The notes below the pieces were generated by a model. The model did not search any database. It was not told the DNA's origin and worked only from the letters and a program-made list of their open reading frames with translations. Below, in pieces: positions 1-9,935 of a DNA stretch of 64,000 bases. The stretch lies in the IMG/VR virus record IMGVR_UViG_3300009130_000002, one strand, 5' to 3'. The translations under genes were made by a program, and so were the position numbers. The stretch is from a virus. Positions within the stretch are counted from its first letter, which is position 1; every line of letters begins with the position of its first letter.

Positions 1-267
1 CCCCACTTTATATAGTAAGTATCGCTAAATATAAAATCTTTTGCTGTTTCCCAAGTGTATTGCAAACTTGCAGTTTTGCTATTGTAAAGTGATAAGTAAT
101 CTCTTGAAGCTTGTTCAACTATTTTTAAAATAATAAGTCTACACTCTTCAATATTCGGAGTGTAATCTGATAGATAAAATTCTATCCCTTTATATTCATA
201 AGTTTTATCATATCTATCTTTTAAGGGGGGCACCCCTCGTTCCTTTTGAGAACGAGGAGCTATAGTT

Positions 268-726
268 TTACTCTGCTGCTACAGATTCTTCTGTCTGAGT
301 TTCCTCTGACATAACAACATCTTCTGTAGTTCCTGCTAAGCCATCTAACCTTTGTGCAATTGCAGCAACAGCTCGACCTACCTCATGGAGGAGTCGATCA
401 CCAGACATTTGCTGATCGTCATAGACTCGATTGACTTTACGACTAGCGTGTTGGTGAATACCTAGTAACTCTACTAGGCCTTTGTTTTGCCCAAAGAGTT
501 CGAATACGAATCGGTCTTCTTGTGTTAGACCTACGACGTAGCCGATCTTCAGATCTTCTAGAGCGACAGAGGTCGCGTTTCCTCCTTCGGAAGTAACACC
601 TTCTGCTGCTACTTCTACTGCTTCTGCAGCTGCTTCTACTGTCTGTGTGACAGTGTCTGTTTTGGTTGATGACTTTTTTGTACGTTTACTTTTCTTAGTA
701 GTTGACATGATTTTTCCTTTGTCCAT
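268..726 (-). CDS. hypothetical acidic protein
   Basis: 152-aa ORF, co-oriented with neighbours; no family recognised. Confidence 0.7.
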   Translation of the reverse strand: MDKGKIMSTTKKSKRTKKSSTKTDTVTQTVEAAAEAVEVAAEGVTSEGGNATSVALEDLKIGYVVGLTQEDRFVFELFGQNKGLVELLGIHQHASRKVNRVYDDQQMSGDRLLHEVGRAVAAIAQRLDGLAGTTEDVVMSEETQTEESVAAE

Positions 727-749
727 TAATTCATAATGAATGTATTGGG

Positions 750-1325
750 TTATAACATTTTTCTTGTAATATTATCAAGAAATTTCTCATTATTGAGAGA
801 TTTTAATTCTGTTGCGATATTCATGCTAGCATTTTCAATTAATTTTCTGCAAGTAGAAAGATGATCTAGTATGTCTTTCCAGAATTTGCTCTCAATATCA
901 GCAATAGTTTGAGCAGAGTCAAGGTCTTCATTATCAACTCTTGCCATTGTTTCTAGTGTTGCTGCTGCTGGTAGTTTCTTTTTCTCGCTTTTATATTGCT
1001 GAACAATAGTCCAGAACTTGTCATTGTATGCTGCAGTAGTTCCACGTTTAATAATTTGTGCTTTTGCAGTTGCAATTGCCTGGAAGAATGCAGCTTCTTG
1101 ATTGAGTTGTATTAGACGCATAGATAATTCTTTGCATAAACTAGGTGTTAAATTATCTGTAGGAATTCTAATCTTAAAGTGTTTTTCCCAGTGATCCATT
1201 GGCTCACCGTTAATTAATAACTGTTTTTTCATATTATCTGCAAAAATTTGATGAACTTGTTTTCCTGTCATCAATTTATTCAATAAAATTTGAGCTTTTT
1301 CTTGTGGATTTTCTTCTGTTGACAT
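750..1325 (-). CDS. helical protein, possibly UvsY-like recombination mediator
   Basis: 191 aa, predicted all-helical (LPAAATLETMARVD...IESKFWKDILDHL); the UvsY resemblance is weak. Confidence 0.3.
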   Translation of the reverse strand: MSTEENPQEKAQILLNKLMTGKQVHQIFADNMKKQLLINGEPMDHWEKHFKIRIPTDNLTPSLCKELSMRLIQLNQEAAFFQAIATAKAQIIKRGTTAAYNDKFWTIVQQYKSEKKKLPAAATLETMARVDNEDLDSAQTIADIESKFWKDILDHLSTCRKLIENASMNIATELKSLNNEKFLDNITRKML

Positions 1326-1786
1326 TAAATTTCCTTTAAAATTTCTTCGTACCTGTCTTCTGTAGCTTCTTGTCTTTTATTCCTTAAATTATCTAAATCT
1401 TTTAGGACTAAGCTATTTGGACCGCTAAAGCTAATGCTTCTACATAGAGATATTTCAAATGGGTTATCCCACCAGTATCCTTCTAATTCTACATCAGAAT
1501 GGTCTTCTCCAATTCTTATAAAGTAGAAATCAGAAGCAGGATCATCTCCAGGTAGATTTTCTATAAAATTCATAACAGATTGAATGGATTCATAAGAGTC
1601 ATACCATTTAATACTTGGCCAATGGAAGAAGATTCCATTTTCATCTTGAGGATCTTCAAATTCTGTAGAAATTTCACACCAATTATCAAATAGTTCTTTG
1701 GCAGGACTATTAAAAACAACCACTTCTAGGAATTTTTTTAGATGTTTTGCTTTTAAAGCAAGAAGTACTTCACTTCGGTAACCCAT
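1325..1786 (-). CDS. phage hypothetical protein
   Basis: 153 aa; MGYRSEV N-terminus and FIRIGED motif, a pattern seen in phage hypothetical proteins. Confidence 0.7.
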   Translation of the reverse strand: MGYRSEVLLALKAKHLKKFLEVVVFNSPAKELFDNWCEISTEFEDPQDENGIFFHWPSIKWYDSYESIQSVMNFIENLPGDDPASDFYFIRIGEDHSDVELEGYWWDNPFEISLCRSISFSGPNSLVLKDLDNLRNKRQEATEDRYEEILKEI

Positions 1787-1899
1787 CTGGTTTTTCCTTT
1801 TTTTGTTTTTCTCTTTCTACTTGCTGCTTTACCTTTAAGAGTTCAAATTCATAAAGGGCTTTCCATCCTGTTTCCGTAGTCGGTCTCCAATTGTCTAGT

Positions 1900-2172
1900 T
1901 TACTCATCGATAATTTCTTTCTTATCAAAAACTGGAAGCTCATCTAAGAATTTAGTTGTTGGATCACTAACGACTGAATGCCAAGTCATTAATTCTATTT
2001 CAGAATTAGGTTGTAACAAGCCTTGATCTTCTGCATGATCTACAATGTTCAGGACTGCATCTTGCATTGAATGAATTGCATCTTTGTTGTCAGAATTAGA
2101 TTCAATAATGTTATTTGGATCTATATAATAAACATCAACAAGTAATTGAACTTTATAAATTTTATCAGTCAT
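1900..2172 (-). CDS. hypothetical protein
   Basis: 90-aa ORF overlapping the upstream gene's stop by 4 nt. Confidence 0.65.
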   Translation of the reverse strand: MTDKIYKVQLLVDVYYIDPNNIIESNSDNKDAIHSMQDAVLNIVDHAEDQGLLQPNSEIELMTWHSVVSDPTTKFLDELPVFDKKEIIDE

Positions 2173-3284
2173 AATATTTCCTTAAGAATGTCTCTAGTAA
2201 TTTGTTCCGCTCTGCTTAAACGCAAAGAATCCAGGGTATCTTTTGATTTATCATAATCATCAACAAGATGACAAGGAGCATCTTCAAAATCATAACGATT
2301 TCTAGAATCCCTAATGTTTTGAATGATTGCTCCAGTTGTTAATCCAGGATGCTTGGCAATAGAAGAGTCACCATATGCACAACCAGTTACTGACCCATTA
2401 GGCCAGATTTGAAATCTAGAAATCCCAGAGGAACATCCATAGCCAGTTCGTTTAAATTTTTCTACATCTTTTAAGCAGCCATCAACATTAATTTTAGATT
2501 TGATACGAGCAGGTAATTCCTCAAACATCTCTTCTATATAAAATCTATCATTTGCCATATTGTTTTGGCTTTTAATTAAAGTATTGTTATCTCTTGCTTT
2601 TCCTACAGGATCCTTGTAGATTACGAGATAGATATGATCAACGATATCTCCAATGTCTATAAGATGTTGGACATGACGAGAGATAGTTCTTTTGGTTACA
2701 TTTCTAGGAATAAGATAGTTATAATTAACTGGAGTTTCTTTTCTGATTTCTTTAAGAAGATTTCTTGTGATGCTATTGTTAGTTAATTGACTAAAGTTGA
2801 TCATATCAAGAAGATGACCTGGAAAAGACAAGCTCTTCCAGGTATCTTCAGTATTAAAAGACTCCCGATACCAATTGCTATTGCGTTTGGCACTATCAAC
2901 ATAAGAGAGATAGGTATTAATTGTATGGAAAGTCATATGCATTTTTGGCATAACAACGTTTTTAAACTTAGCCTTATAGATCAGGTTAAAAACTTGATCA
3001 TATAATGTTAACATATGGTTTCTATATCTTCTTTCAGTAGGGAGATCGTCCATGGCTATGGTAATTTCATTAGCCCAGGCAAGTTCACCCTCACAGAACG
3101 TTTTAATTACGCCAAATTGTTCTGTGAGTGGTGTTACAAGATCTTTTAAGTGCTCTTCTCCAGTTGCACTTCTTTCTTTTACGTAACACCCTTTACATTT
3201 CCTTGCACACCATGGTGTGGGTTGTAGGAATAGTGTATGAACTTCTACTCTAGAAGAAAGTTTGTTGATAATCGGGAGTCTCAT
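2169..3284 (-). CDS. radical SAM protein with SPASM/twitch-like C-terminus
   Basis: CxxxCxxC motif (WCARKCKGC) near the N-terminus; C-terminal GCSSG...IWPNGSVTGC...C. Confidence 0.75.
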   Translation of the reverse strand: MRLPIINKLSSRVEVHTLFLQPTPWCARKCKGCYVKERSATGEEHLKDLVTPLTEQFGVIKTFCEGELAWANEITIAMDDLPTERRYRNHMLTLYDQVFNLIYKAKFKNVVMPKMHMTFHTINTYLSYVDSAKRNSNWYRESFNTEDTWKSLSFPGHLLDMINFSQLTNNSITRNLLKEIRKETPVNYNYLIPRNVTKRTISRHVQHLIDIGDIVDHIYLVIYKDPVGKARDNNTLIKSQNNMANDRFYIEEMFEELPARIKSKINVDGCLKDVEKFKRTGYGCSSGISRFQIWPNGSVTGCAYGDSSIAKHPGLTTGAIIQNIRDSRNRYDFEDAPCHLVDDYDKSKDTLDSLRLSRAEQITRDILKEIL

Positions 3285-3296
3285 TTTATCATCTCT

Positions 3297-4244
3297 CTAA
3301 ATTAAATTATGCCACCTTGAATCCTTAACTTGAATTGGAACATCTTCAGAACTGTTAAATGGATCTTCAGGTATAATGACAGCATCTTTTATGATCATTG
3401 CAACTGCTACATTCCATTTTCTATTAGCTCTTTGAACATTAAAATGAAGCTCAGGCTTTATGGTTGCTTTCATTTGTTCAACAGAAAAGACTGCAGTTTT
3501 AAAATCAGTAAAGACATCTGTATCTCTTACTCTATAGCTTGGTGATACAAGATAAGCTCCAGGAAAACCTAAGCCATCTCCGTCCCCAAAGCTGTTTAAG
3601 TAAGCTAAGTGCTGTGGGGACCCCATTATAAAAATATTTTTACCAGGAAATGTTCTTCTAATTTTTTCTACCTTTTCTTTTATTTGTCCAAAATTTAATT
3701 TTTGGACATAATTAAATTGTTCAAGGTAAGAAATAAATCTAGTTTTTTCATACTGATAGTATTGACCAACAGCATTCTTGATACAGTAACTAATATCAGA
3801 TAAGTTTTTGCATTTTTTTATTTCAAAAACTTTATGATAAATTTTAGAAGAGTGTCCGGTTTGTAATTCTTTTATAATATTCTCTGGATGATTAAGTTCT
3901 AGAGGATGCAATGTATTATTTGTTGTTCGTTCTTCTTCTAATTTATCTAGATAAGTTGAATCATTTACTGGAGGTAAATCAACAGAGCTAAGCTCAATGG
4001 AAGTTGGGACCTCTTTGAAGCCTTTAAAGATAGATGTTTTTGCTCCATCCTGACCTAAGTAAGGAAAGTTAGGAATGGTATCATATCTTTGAATAGTATA
4101 GTCATGCTTAGGAATATATTTAAAAATATTTTCTTCAAGGTTTATATTTTCTATGTTAAAGCATGAAAGATACAGTTCTAATTCTGTTTCTGTTGGTAAA
4201 AGGTTTGGTTTAAAGTTTGTTCTAGTTGGTTCAGTTAATCTCAT
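3297..4244 (-). CDS. hypothetical protein
   Basis: 315-aa ORF in the operon-like run; no motif recognised. Confidence 0.7.
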   Translation of the reverse strand: MRLTEPTRTNFKPNLLPTETELELYLSCFNIENINLEENIFKYIPKHDYTIQRYDTIPNFPYLGQDGAKTSIFKGFKEVPTSIELSSVDLPPVNDSTYLDKLEEERTTNNTLHPLELNHPENIIKELQTGHSSKIYHKVFEIKKCKNLSDISYCIKNAVGQYYQYEKTRFISYLEQFNYVQKLNFGQIKEKVEKIRRTFPGKNIFIMGSPQHLAYLNSFGDGDGLGFPGAYLVSPSYRVRDTDVFTDFKTAVFSVEQMKATIKPELHFNVQRANRKWNVAVAMIIKDAVIIPEDPFNSSEDVPIQVKDSRWHNLI

Positions 4245-4261
4245 ATTTTTACCAAAAGCTT

Positions 4262-4290
4262 AGGCCCCCCGCTAAATCTTGCGGGGGGCA
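4262..4290 (-). terminator. GC-rich hairpin, possible intrinsic terminator
   Basis: GCCCCCGC-loop-GCGGGGGGC stem in the short gap after the 4297 ORF; U-tract weak (CUAAGCUUUU). Confidence 0.45.
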
Positions 4291-4296
4291 GATAAA

Positions 4297-4575
4297 TTAA
4301 TTAGATGAATAAACCATATCTTTTACGGTCTCAATTGCATTTCGGAAATCTCTAATATTTCCCTCAAGTTTACCGTTAATATAATTCATCACTACCCCTT
4401 GAACTTCAGGGGTTTTATCAAAGTGAAAGCGCTTTACCTTACCTTGATGTCCTTCTTTAGTTACTTCTGTTACTTGAAATTCCTGAGAAATAAGCACTGC
4501 AGTTGTATAAAAATCTGTCGTGCTATATCCATTTTCAGTATTATCGAGTACGAGATCTTGAATTTCTTTTCCCAT
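4297..4575 (-). CDS. DUF5659-like small protein
   Basis: YSTTDFYTTAVLIS...FHF...YING pattern typical of DUF5659. Confidence 0.55.
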   Translation of the reverse strand: MGKEIQDLVLDNTENGYSTTDFYTTAVLISQEFQVTEVTKEGHQGKVKRFHFDKTPEVQGVVMNYINGKLEGNIRDFRNAIETVKDMVYSSN

Positions 4576-4775
4576 TACTCATCTCCTTCCATGTTATTAA
4601 TATAATCTGGCAATTCTTCTGGAACACAGTATTCTTCAGTGAACTGTGTTTCCACTTCGTCGTTATCAGCTACCAGGGCTTTTGTGATATCTGTACACTT
4701 TGTTCCCATAACACCTTCTACTTCATAGGTTACTTCTTGTGTTTCGGGATTAATTTTTACAATTACTTTTGACAT
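4575..4775 (-). CDS. DUF2997 family protein
   Basis: 66 aa, VTYEVEGVMGTKCTDITKAL motif; next to DUF1257 and the AAA ATPase as in the known cluster. Confidence 0.75.
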   Translation of the reverse strand: MSKVIVKINPETQEVTYEVEGVMGTKCTDITKALVADNDEVETQFTEEYCVPEELPDYINNMEGDE

Positions 4776-4793
4776 TGAATCTTCCTTTTAATC

Positions 4794-5201
4794 TCATGAA
4801 TAACGTTCGAAGTTGATAGTAATTAAACCATCTTCTCCAATTTTTGCTTCTTCATTATCAGTACAGAAAAAGTTCTGTTCTTCTAGATTTGTAAATGCTT
4901 CTTCAACAGCATAAGCAGTGGAAAGATCCTTTACAAATTTTTCATTACGACCATAATAGCCTTTGAGTTTTCTGTCACCTGAGTGCCAAAAATCTCCAAC
5001 CATAGCATAGGTTCCGTCTTTTTGACGAGCCAAGCCAACGGCATCATCAATTTTCAATTGAGCTGCCTCTGTTGTTCCATATTGAGTGATTGTAAAGTCA
5101 CCCTCTTGAGCTTCAAAGCCCATTCTTTTTAGTGCTTTTTTAATAACTGATTGGTTATTTAATTTTGTTTTAACTGTAGTCCAATGACTCATATCATCCA
5201 T
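4794..5201 (-). CDS. DUF1257 (Ycf35-like) protein
   Basis: MSHWTTVKTKL...ALKRMGF...GLARQKDGTYAMVGDFW. Confidence 0.8.
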   Translation of the reverse strand: MDDMSHWTTVKTKLNNQSVIKKALKRMGFEAQEGDFTITQYGTTEAAQLKIDDAVGLARQKDGTYAMVGDFWHSGDRKLKGYYGRNEKFVKDLSTAYAVEEAFTNLEEQNFFCTDNEEAKIGEDGLITINFERYS

Positions 5202-5209
5202 CCTTTACT

Positions 5210-7012
5210 TTAAAGATCTGAGAACCTATTATCTACTGCTTCTTTGGTAGTTTTAGACTCTTCTTTTTTAGTCTGTTTGAAAACACCTACGTCGTCAATA
5301 GCTTCATCAATATTTAATTTTTTTCCTGAAGTAGTTTTTACACTCTTCTTTTTGGTTTGTAATGCATTTTGCATAGCGTATGAACTAGCAAATCTAAAAG
5401 AACCTCTTGCCTTGTCTCTAAGTTTCTTAACTTTTTCTTGCATAACCTTAGAGATTGGTTTTGTATCTGTGATGGCACCAAGAAGATTTTTCAAAGTTAA
5501 ATCTTTTTTATCCTGATAGAAGGAAGCAGCAATTCCATCTTTAATTGCTTTTTCAATTTCTGCTCCTGTAAATCCCTCAGTAACAGAAATTAAAACTTTC
5601 TTATGTTGTTCAAACTTGTCAAGTTCTCTTCCTCTTTTATTGAGATGGATGGCAAAAATATCCCATCGTTCTTCAGGTCCAGGAAGATCAACAAAAAATA
5701 CCTCATTAAAACGTCGAATAAATTCAGGTGGCAGCATGGTAATATCATTTGCAGTTGCAATAATAGTAACACCTTCCATTCCATCCTGCATTGCAGTCAG
5801 GAGAGTACCGAAGACTCTTGCAAGAGTACCACCATCTGAAAAGTTGCTGGACTTAGTTCCGCTTAGAGATTTTTCAACCTCATCAATCCACAGAACACAA
5901 GGAGACATCGCCTCTGCTTGTTTGATAACATCCCTCATCTTAGATTCGGAACCACCAACAAGCCCAGTCATAACCTTACCGACATCCAATCTAAGTAAGG
6001 GCACTTGCCATAGCCGACCAATAGCCTTAGCAAGTAATGATTTTCCGGTTCCAGGAACCCCGGTCAAGAGGATTCCTTTTAACGGTTCCACTCCGAAGGC
6101 TTTAGCTTCAGGTGTATAAGCTCTAGAATATTTTCCTAAATAATCTTTAACCATATCAAGTCCACCAACATCTCCCATTGCTACGGGAGCATTGATGAAC
6201 TCTAAAATTTCAGATTTTCTAAGTAATTGTTTCTTATCCATAAGAAGCTTGTTTGCATCAAGCTTATTCATATGAGTAATTGAAGTTGAAATAGCGTTAT
6301 CAATTTCAATCAAAGTCAAGCCCTGCAAAGCCTTAACAAAAGCTTGAATATCATCTGTATCATAATCAAGCTGTGTATACTTTTTCTTCCCTTTGGTGCT
6401 CGCATTCATATGACTAACAACTTCAGTAAGATGGCCTTCAATTACATTTTTTGATGGCAGCTCATATCTAACAACTGAAGTTTGTTTTTCTAATGTAGGA
6501 GGGATTCCTGCACGATTACCCCCTGCTCCATGAGCTAGCAGAGGACTCAGGATAATTAAAGTTTTCCCTGTTCCAATCAGATGTTCATACATATCTCTGA
6601 TTTGTCTTGGGATAGGTTCTCCTAGAACTGTATGAAAATCTCTCATGATAAAACAAGTGCCTTTGCTTTCACTTGATCTATGCATTTCACAGATTCTCTT
6701 TAATGCTTTTTGAGGATTCCAAGTTCCATCATCTTCTCCAGAAGCTCTTTCTGTAGAAAGTTGTTGGTCTTGTCTGATCAGTCCTTGGTAAGCAGACCAA
6801 AGCCATACATCCCTCTTACAAGGATTTGCAATAGCTTCGATAAAATCATTAATAAATCTATTTTCTTCGTGAGTTAATACCCAGATGATGGGTGCACGGC
6901 CCCTAATTAATGCAAGAATTTCTTCCATTGCATTTTCATAGTTCGGTGATTTTTCTGGTTGGGGAAGTTCAATTTCAACAGAAGGAGATTCTGTTGTAAT
7001 AATTTCTGACAT
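5210..7012 (-). CDS. AAA+ ATPase, Ycf46-like
   Basis: Walker A GVPGTGKS, Walker B VLWIDEVEK, ATANDITMLPPEFIRRFNE; N-terminal inactive AAA-like domain; DVGGLD motif. Confidence 0.9.
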   Translation of the reverse strand: MSEIITTESPSVEIELPQPEKSPNYENAMEEILALIRGRAPIIWVLTHEENRFINDFIEAIANPCKRDVWLWSAYQGLIRQDQQLSTERASGEDDGTWNPQKALKRICEMHRSSESKGTCFIMRDFHTVLGEPIPRQIRDMYEHLIGTGKTLIILSPLLAHGAGGNRAGIPPTLEKQTSVVRYELPSKNVIEGHLTEVVSHMNASTKGKKKYTQLDYDTDDIQAFVKALQGLTLIEIDNAISTSITHMNKLDANKLLMDKKQLLRKSEILEFINAPVAMGDVGGLDMVKDYLGKYSRAYTPEAKAFGVEPLKGILLTGVPGTGKSLLAKAIGRLWQVPLLRLDVGKVMTGLVGGSESKMRDVIKQAEAMSPCVLWIDEVEKSLSGTKSSNFSDGGTLARVFGTLLTAMQDGMEGVTIIATANDITMLPPEFIRRFNEVFFVDLPGPEERWDIFAIHLNKRGRELDKFEQHKKVLISVTEGFTGAEIEKAIKDGIAASFYQDKKDLTLKNLLGAITDTKPISKVMQEKVKKLRDKARGSFRFASSYAMQNALQTKKKSVKTTSGKKLNIDEAIDDVGVFKQTKKEESKTTKEAVDNRFSDL

Positions 7013-7029
7013 ATTTCTAATCCTTGTTT

Positions 7030-7617
7030 TTATATCTTGTTTGAATAAACTATTGTAAACTCATTTATATCTAAAACATCCATGGCAAATTTTAAAGCAT
7101 AAAGTTCTTCAAAAGTTATATTAATATCAGTTTCACTTGTTTCTGGTTTAATAGATATTTGAATAGTTTTTCCATTTTTTGTTGTTGAAATCCACTTGTT
7201 GATATTTTTTTCAACAAGTGTCTGTTCTAACCTCTTAAGATCTTTTAAATTTTTGCCTGGTAAAGGGTCAATTACTTTTTCATCTTCTGAATGGTTAACT
7301 ATATTTTTATTATCTATTATGTCTTTTAGAAGCATTAATTTTTTCAATGCTTCTTGTCTGGATGATTCGTTTTCAGCTTTTTGATGTAAAGACTTTACTT
7401 CTGGAAGATTGATTACTTCTTTTGCTTTTAGATCTTTAGCTAACCTTGAACATTTAGATCCAAATAAGAATAAGATATGTTCTTTAGTGTCTTCTAAATT
7501 AATATCATAATATCTGAGATCTTTAATAACAACATGTTCTTCAGTAACAACCTTTACTATTTTTCTAATTAACTCAAAATCTCTTTCTTGAAGTCCTACG
7601 CCATAAGCTTTATACAT
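7030..7617 (-). CDS. hypothetical protein
   Basis: 195-aa ORF in the run. Confidence 0.65.
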   Translation of the reverse strand: MYKAYGVGLQERDFELIRKIVKVVTEEHVVIKDLRYYDINLEDTKEHILFLFGSKCSRLAKDLKAKEVINLPEVKSLHQKAENESSRQEALKKLMLLKDIIDNKNIVNHSEDEKVIDPLPGKNLKDLKRLEQTLVEKNINKWISTTKNGKTIQISIKPETSETDINITFEELYALKFAMDVLDINEFTIVYSNKI

Positions 7618-7618
7618 T

Positions 7619-8188
7619 TTATCCTTCTAAAATATCTGAAATCCTTTTCATATTACAGTTTTTATAGCTTTTTGTTTCTGAGGAGCCATAAGGTAATTCT
7701 ATTCTTCCAAAATAAATTTGTCGCTGGTAGTCACTATGTAAAGCAATAAGTTTTCCGTCTTCCAGCATGTGTTCATTTTTTAAAATTAACTTAGAGATTA
7801 ATTTTGGAATATATCCAATTTCTTTCCAAGTTTGTATAGAAAAACCAGGAGGAGATTTACTGCTATCTTGGAATACAATTCCAATTCTTACTGCAAATTT
7901 ATCATAAGGATTACTGGGTTCTGGTTTTAAGATTACTTTATGAGTTTTTCCTAAAGGATATTTCTTTTTCTCAGAGTTAAAAGAGATAGCTTTTTGATAC
8001 ATTGATCTGTATAAAATTGAACGGTTAACACCTTCGCTATTTCTTTGAGTATATCCTGCTGGAATTATATAAAGTTTTTGTTTTTCAGTGTCGTCAACGA
8101 TTCTGTTTCTCCAGTAAATATTGCTATCAAAGCCTGCTGGAGAAATAAATCCTTGTGAAAGTTCTTCTAATGGAGTAATTAATTTCAT
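7619..8188 (-). CDS. HIRAN domain protein
   Basis: VILKPEPSNPYDKFAVRI...EIGYIPK HIRAN signature. Confidence 0.8.
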   Translation of the reverse strand: MKLITPLEELSQGFISPAGFDSNIYWRNRIVDDTEKQKLYIIPAGYTQRNSEGVNRSILYRSMYQKAISFNSEKKKYPLGKTHKVILKPEPSNPYDKFAVRIGIVFQDSSKSPPGFSIQTWKEIGYIPKLISKLILKNEHMLEDGKLIALHSDYQRQIYFGRIELPYGSSETKSYKNCNMKRISDILEG

Positions 8189-8210
8189 CTCATCTCCTTG
8201 GTAGTTCTAT

Positions 8211-8816
8211 TTATTCATCATCTCCATCTAAAATGGAAGTTAAATCTTCTTGAGAGATTTCACCTTGTTCAACTAAATTTTCTAGAATTTCTTTTGGATC
8301 CATTCCAAGCAGAGCACCCATAGTTGCTGCAGATCCTGCTTTTGCTTTTCTTTGAATATCTTCAATTTCTTCTTCAGAAATTTCTTCTTCAAAAGTTTGA
8401 ATAACTAACTTTTTCTGTTGAACAAACTTCAATAAGAGAAAAGCCATAGACATCATATTAACTAATGCAACCCTAGAGGTCTCATTTGCTAAAAAGAATG
8501 CAGTATGTCGAATGCCAAGCATTCTTCCTAAGCCACTAACAACAGATTGTGCCATCAACGGCATGATTTGATCAACAAACTGATTTGCTTCTTTGTCTTC
8601 AAGCTTCTCTTCTATATAAGATAGAAGCTGTTCGATAACTTCTGAAAGCTCGACCTTATCTTCGTCTTCGTCATACAATTCAACATGAACTGTAGTTCCT
8701 TTGACTTTGTTAATCATAACCATTTTGAAAACTTCTTCAGGGCTCATAGCCTCTTCGTCTTCAAAAAGTTGTTCAATCTCATCTTCATCAAAATTTGTTT
8801 CATCAAATTGACTCAT
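8211..8816 (-). CDS. hypothetical acidic protein
   Basis: 201 aa, RBS-like GAGGAGAT upstream. Confidence 0.7.
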   Translation of the reverse strand: MSQFDETNFDEDEIEQLFEDEEAMSPEEVFKMVMINKVKGTTVHVELYDEDEDKVELSEVIEQLLSYIEEKLEDKEANQFVDQIMPLMAQSVVSGLGRMLGIRHTAFFLANETSRVALVNMMSMAFLLLKFVQQKKLVIQTFEEEISEEEIEDIQRKAKAGSAATMGALLGMDPKEILENLVEQGEISQEDLTSILDGDDE

Positions 8817-8864
8817 GAAAATCTCCTCACAAAAATTTTTCTAATTTTGCTCTATATAGGGTTT

Positions 8865-9212
8865 TTACGCAGTGTGCCATTGCGCTTGTTTTAAATGCAG
8901 AAAATTCTTTTCTGTTAATTTCAATTGAGGAATTGGATTATTAAATCCTTCAGGTTTAATACTTGAAAAATCAGCAGTTCTGATTAAAAAGACTTCCCCA
9001 GATTTTATTAAATTTTCCCAATGATTTTTTCTATCTTTTGGGACGAACATGTTTGCATGATAGTAGTGAATCTTGTGGAAACCTTTTCCTTTATCTTTTA
9101 TTGGCTCTTGACTTACAACATCAAAGCTCGCGAAAAATCCTTGATCATTCCAAGGTACAAATTGTAATTTGGATTGAGAAGGAATTGCTACTAAACCATT
9201 ACATTGCAACAT
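8865..9212 (-). CDS. hypothetical protein (possible OB-fold)
   Basis: 115 aa, beta-rich pattern, in the nucleic-acid metabolism cluster. Confidence 0.5.
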   Translation of the reverse strand: MLQCNGLVAIPSQSKLQFVPWNDQGFFASFDVVSQEPIKDKGKGFHKIHYYHANMFVPKDRKNHWENLIKSGEVFLIRTADFSSIKPEGFNNPIPQLKLTEKNFLHLKQAQWHTA

Positions 9213-9915
9213 CTTTATTCTCGTTAAATTTTAAGGAAAGAAGCCTATTCCACCAGAGTCGATTTTGTTGGCTAACTTCACTGTGTTCTTTTTCCCATCT
9301 AAATAGATCTGTATAGCCTTCTACTTCAATAAAGGTTTTTAATCTAATTGCTTGCATTGATTTGGTATAAATACCATATTGTCTGGGAGAACATGCTGTT
9401 TTTAAGACTTTCAGAAGTCTATAAAGATAAAGTACGTCTCCTGCAGCATATTCTAATTGTCTAGAAGATAATTTCTCTTCATCCCATTTAGAATGATCAA
9501 TTCTCTTATTAATGTGAATATCTAAGATATTTTTTAAAGAATTGCCTAAACCAGAACTATATTGAGGGAATGCGATTTTCATTAAAGTTTTGGTACAATG
9601 AATATCTGTTCCTAGTTCTGTCATTAAGCCCATTTTCAAAAAAGCTAAATCAAAAGCTGCATTATGGAAAATAAATCCAATATCGCTTCTTTCTAGTAGT
9701 TGTATTAATAACTGGCTATTTGAATCTGGTTTTTTGATAATAAAGACTTCCCCAGATATAGTAGCGATTTGAACTAAAAACAAGGAGTTGTCTCTATAGT
9801 CTAAACCCCCTGTTTCTGTATCAATAGATAAGTATCGCTCTATACTTAATCTTTCTAAGATTTCTGGTGTTAAATCTAAATCATATACTTCTAAGCTTTT
9901 GAGGCCTTTCATCAT
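9199..9915 (-). CDS. 3'-5' exonuclease, RNase D/PolA-proofreading-like (DEDDy)
   Basis: ExoI IDTETGGL, ExoII FHNAAFDL, ExoIII QLEYAAGDV. Confidence 0.9.
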   Translation of the reverse strand: MMKGLKSLEVYDLDLTPEILERLSIERYLSIDTETGGLDYRDNSLFLVQIATISGEVFIIKKPDSNSQLLIQLLERSDIGFIFHNAAFDLAFLKMGLMTELGTDIHCTKTLMKIAFPQYSSGLGNSLKNILDIHINKRIDHSKWDEEKLSSRQLEYAAGDVLYLYRLLKVLKTACSPRQYGIYTKSMQAIRLKTFIEVEGYTDLFRWEKEHSEVSQQNRLWWNRLLSLKFNENKDVAM

Positions 9916-9935
9916 TTGTTAATGTATATCCTTTT

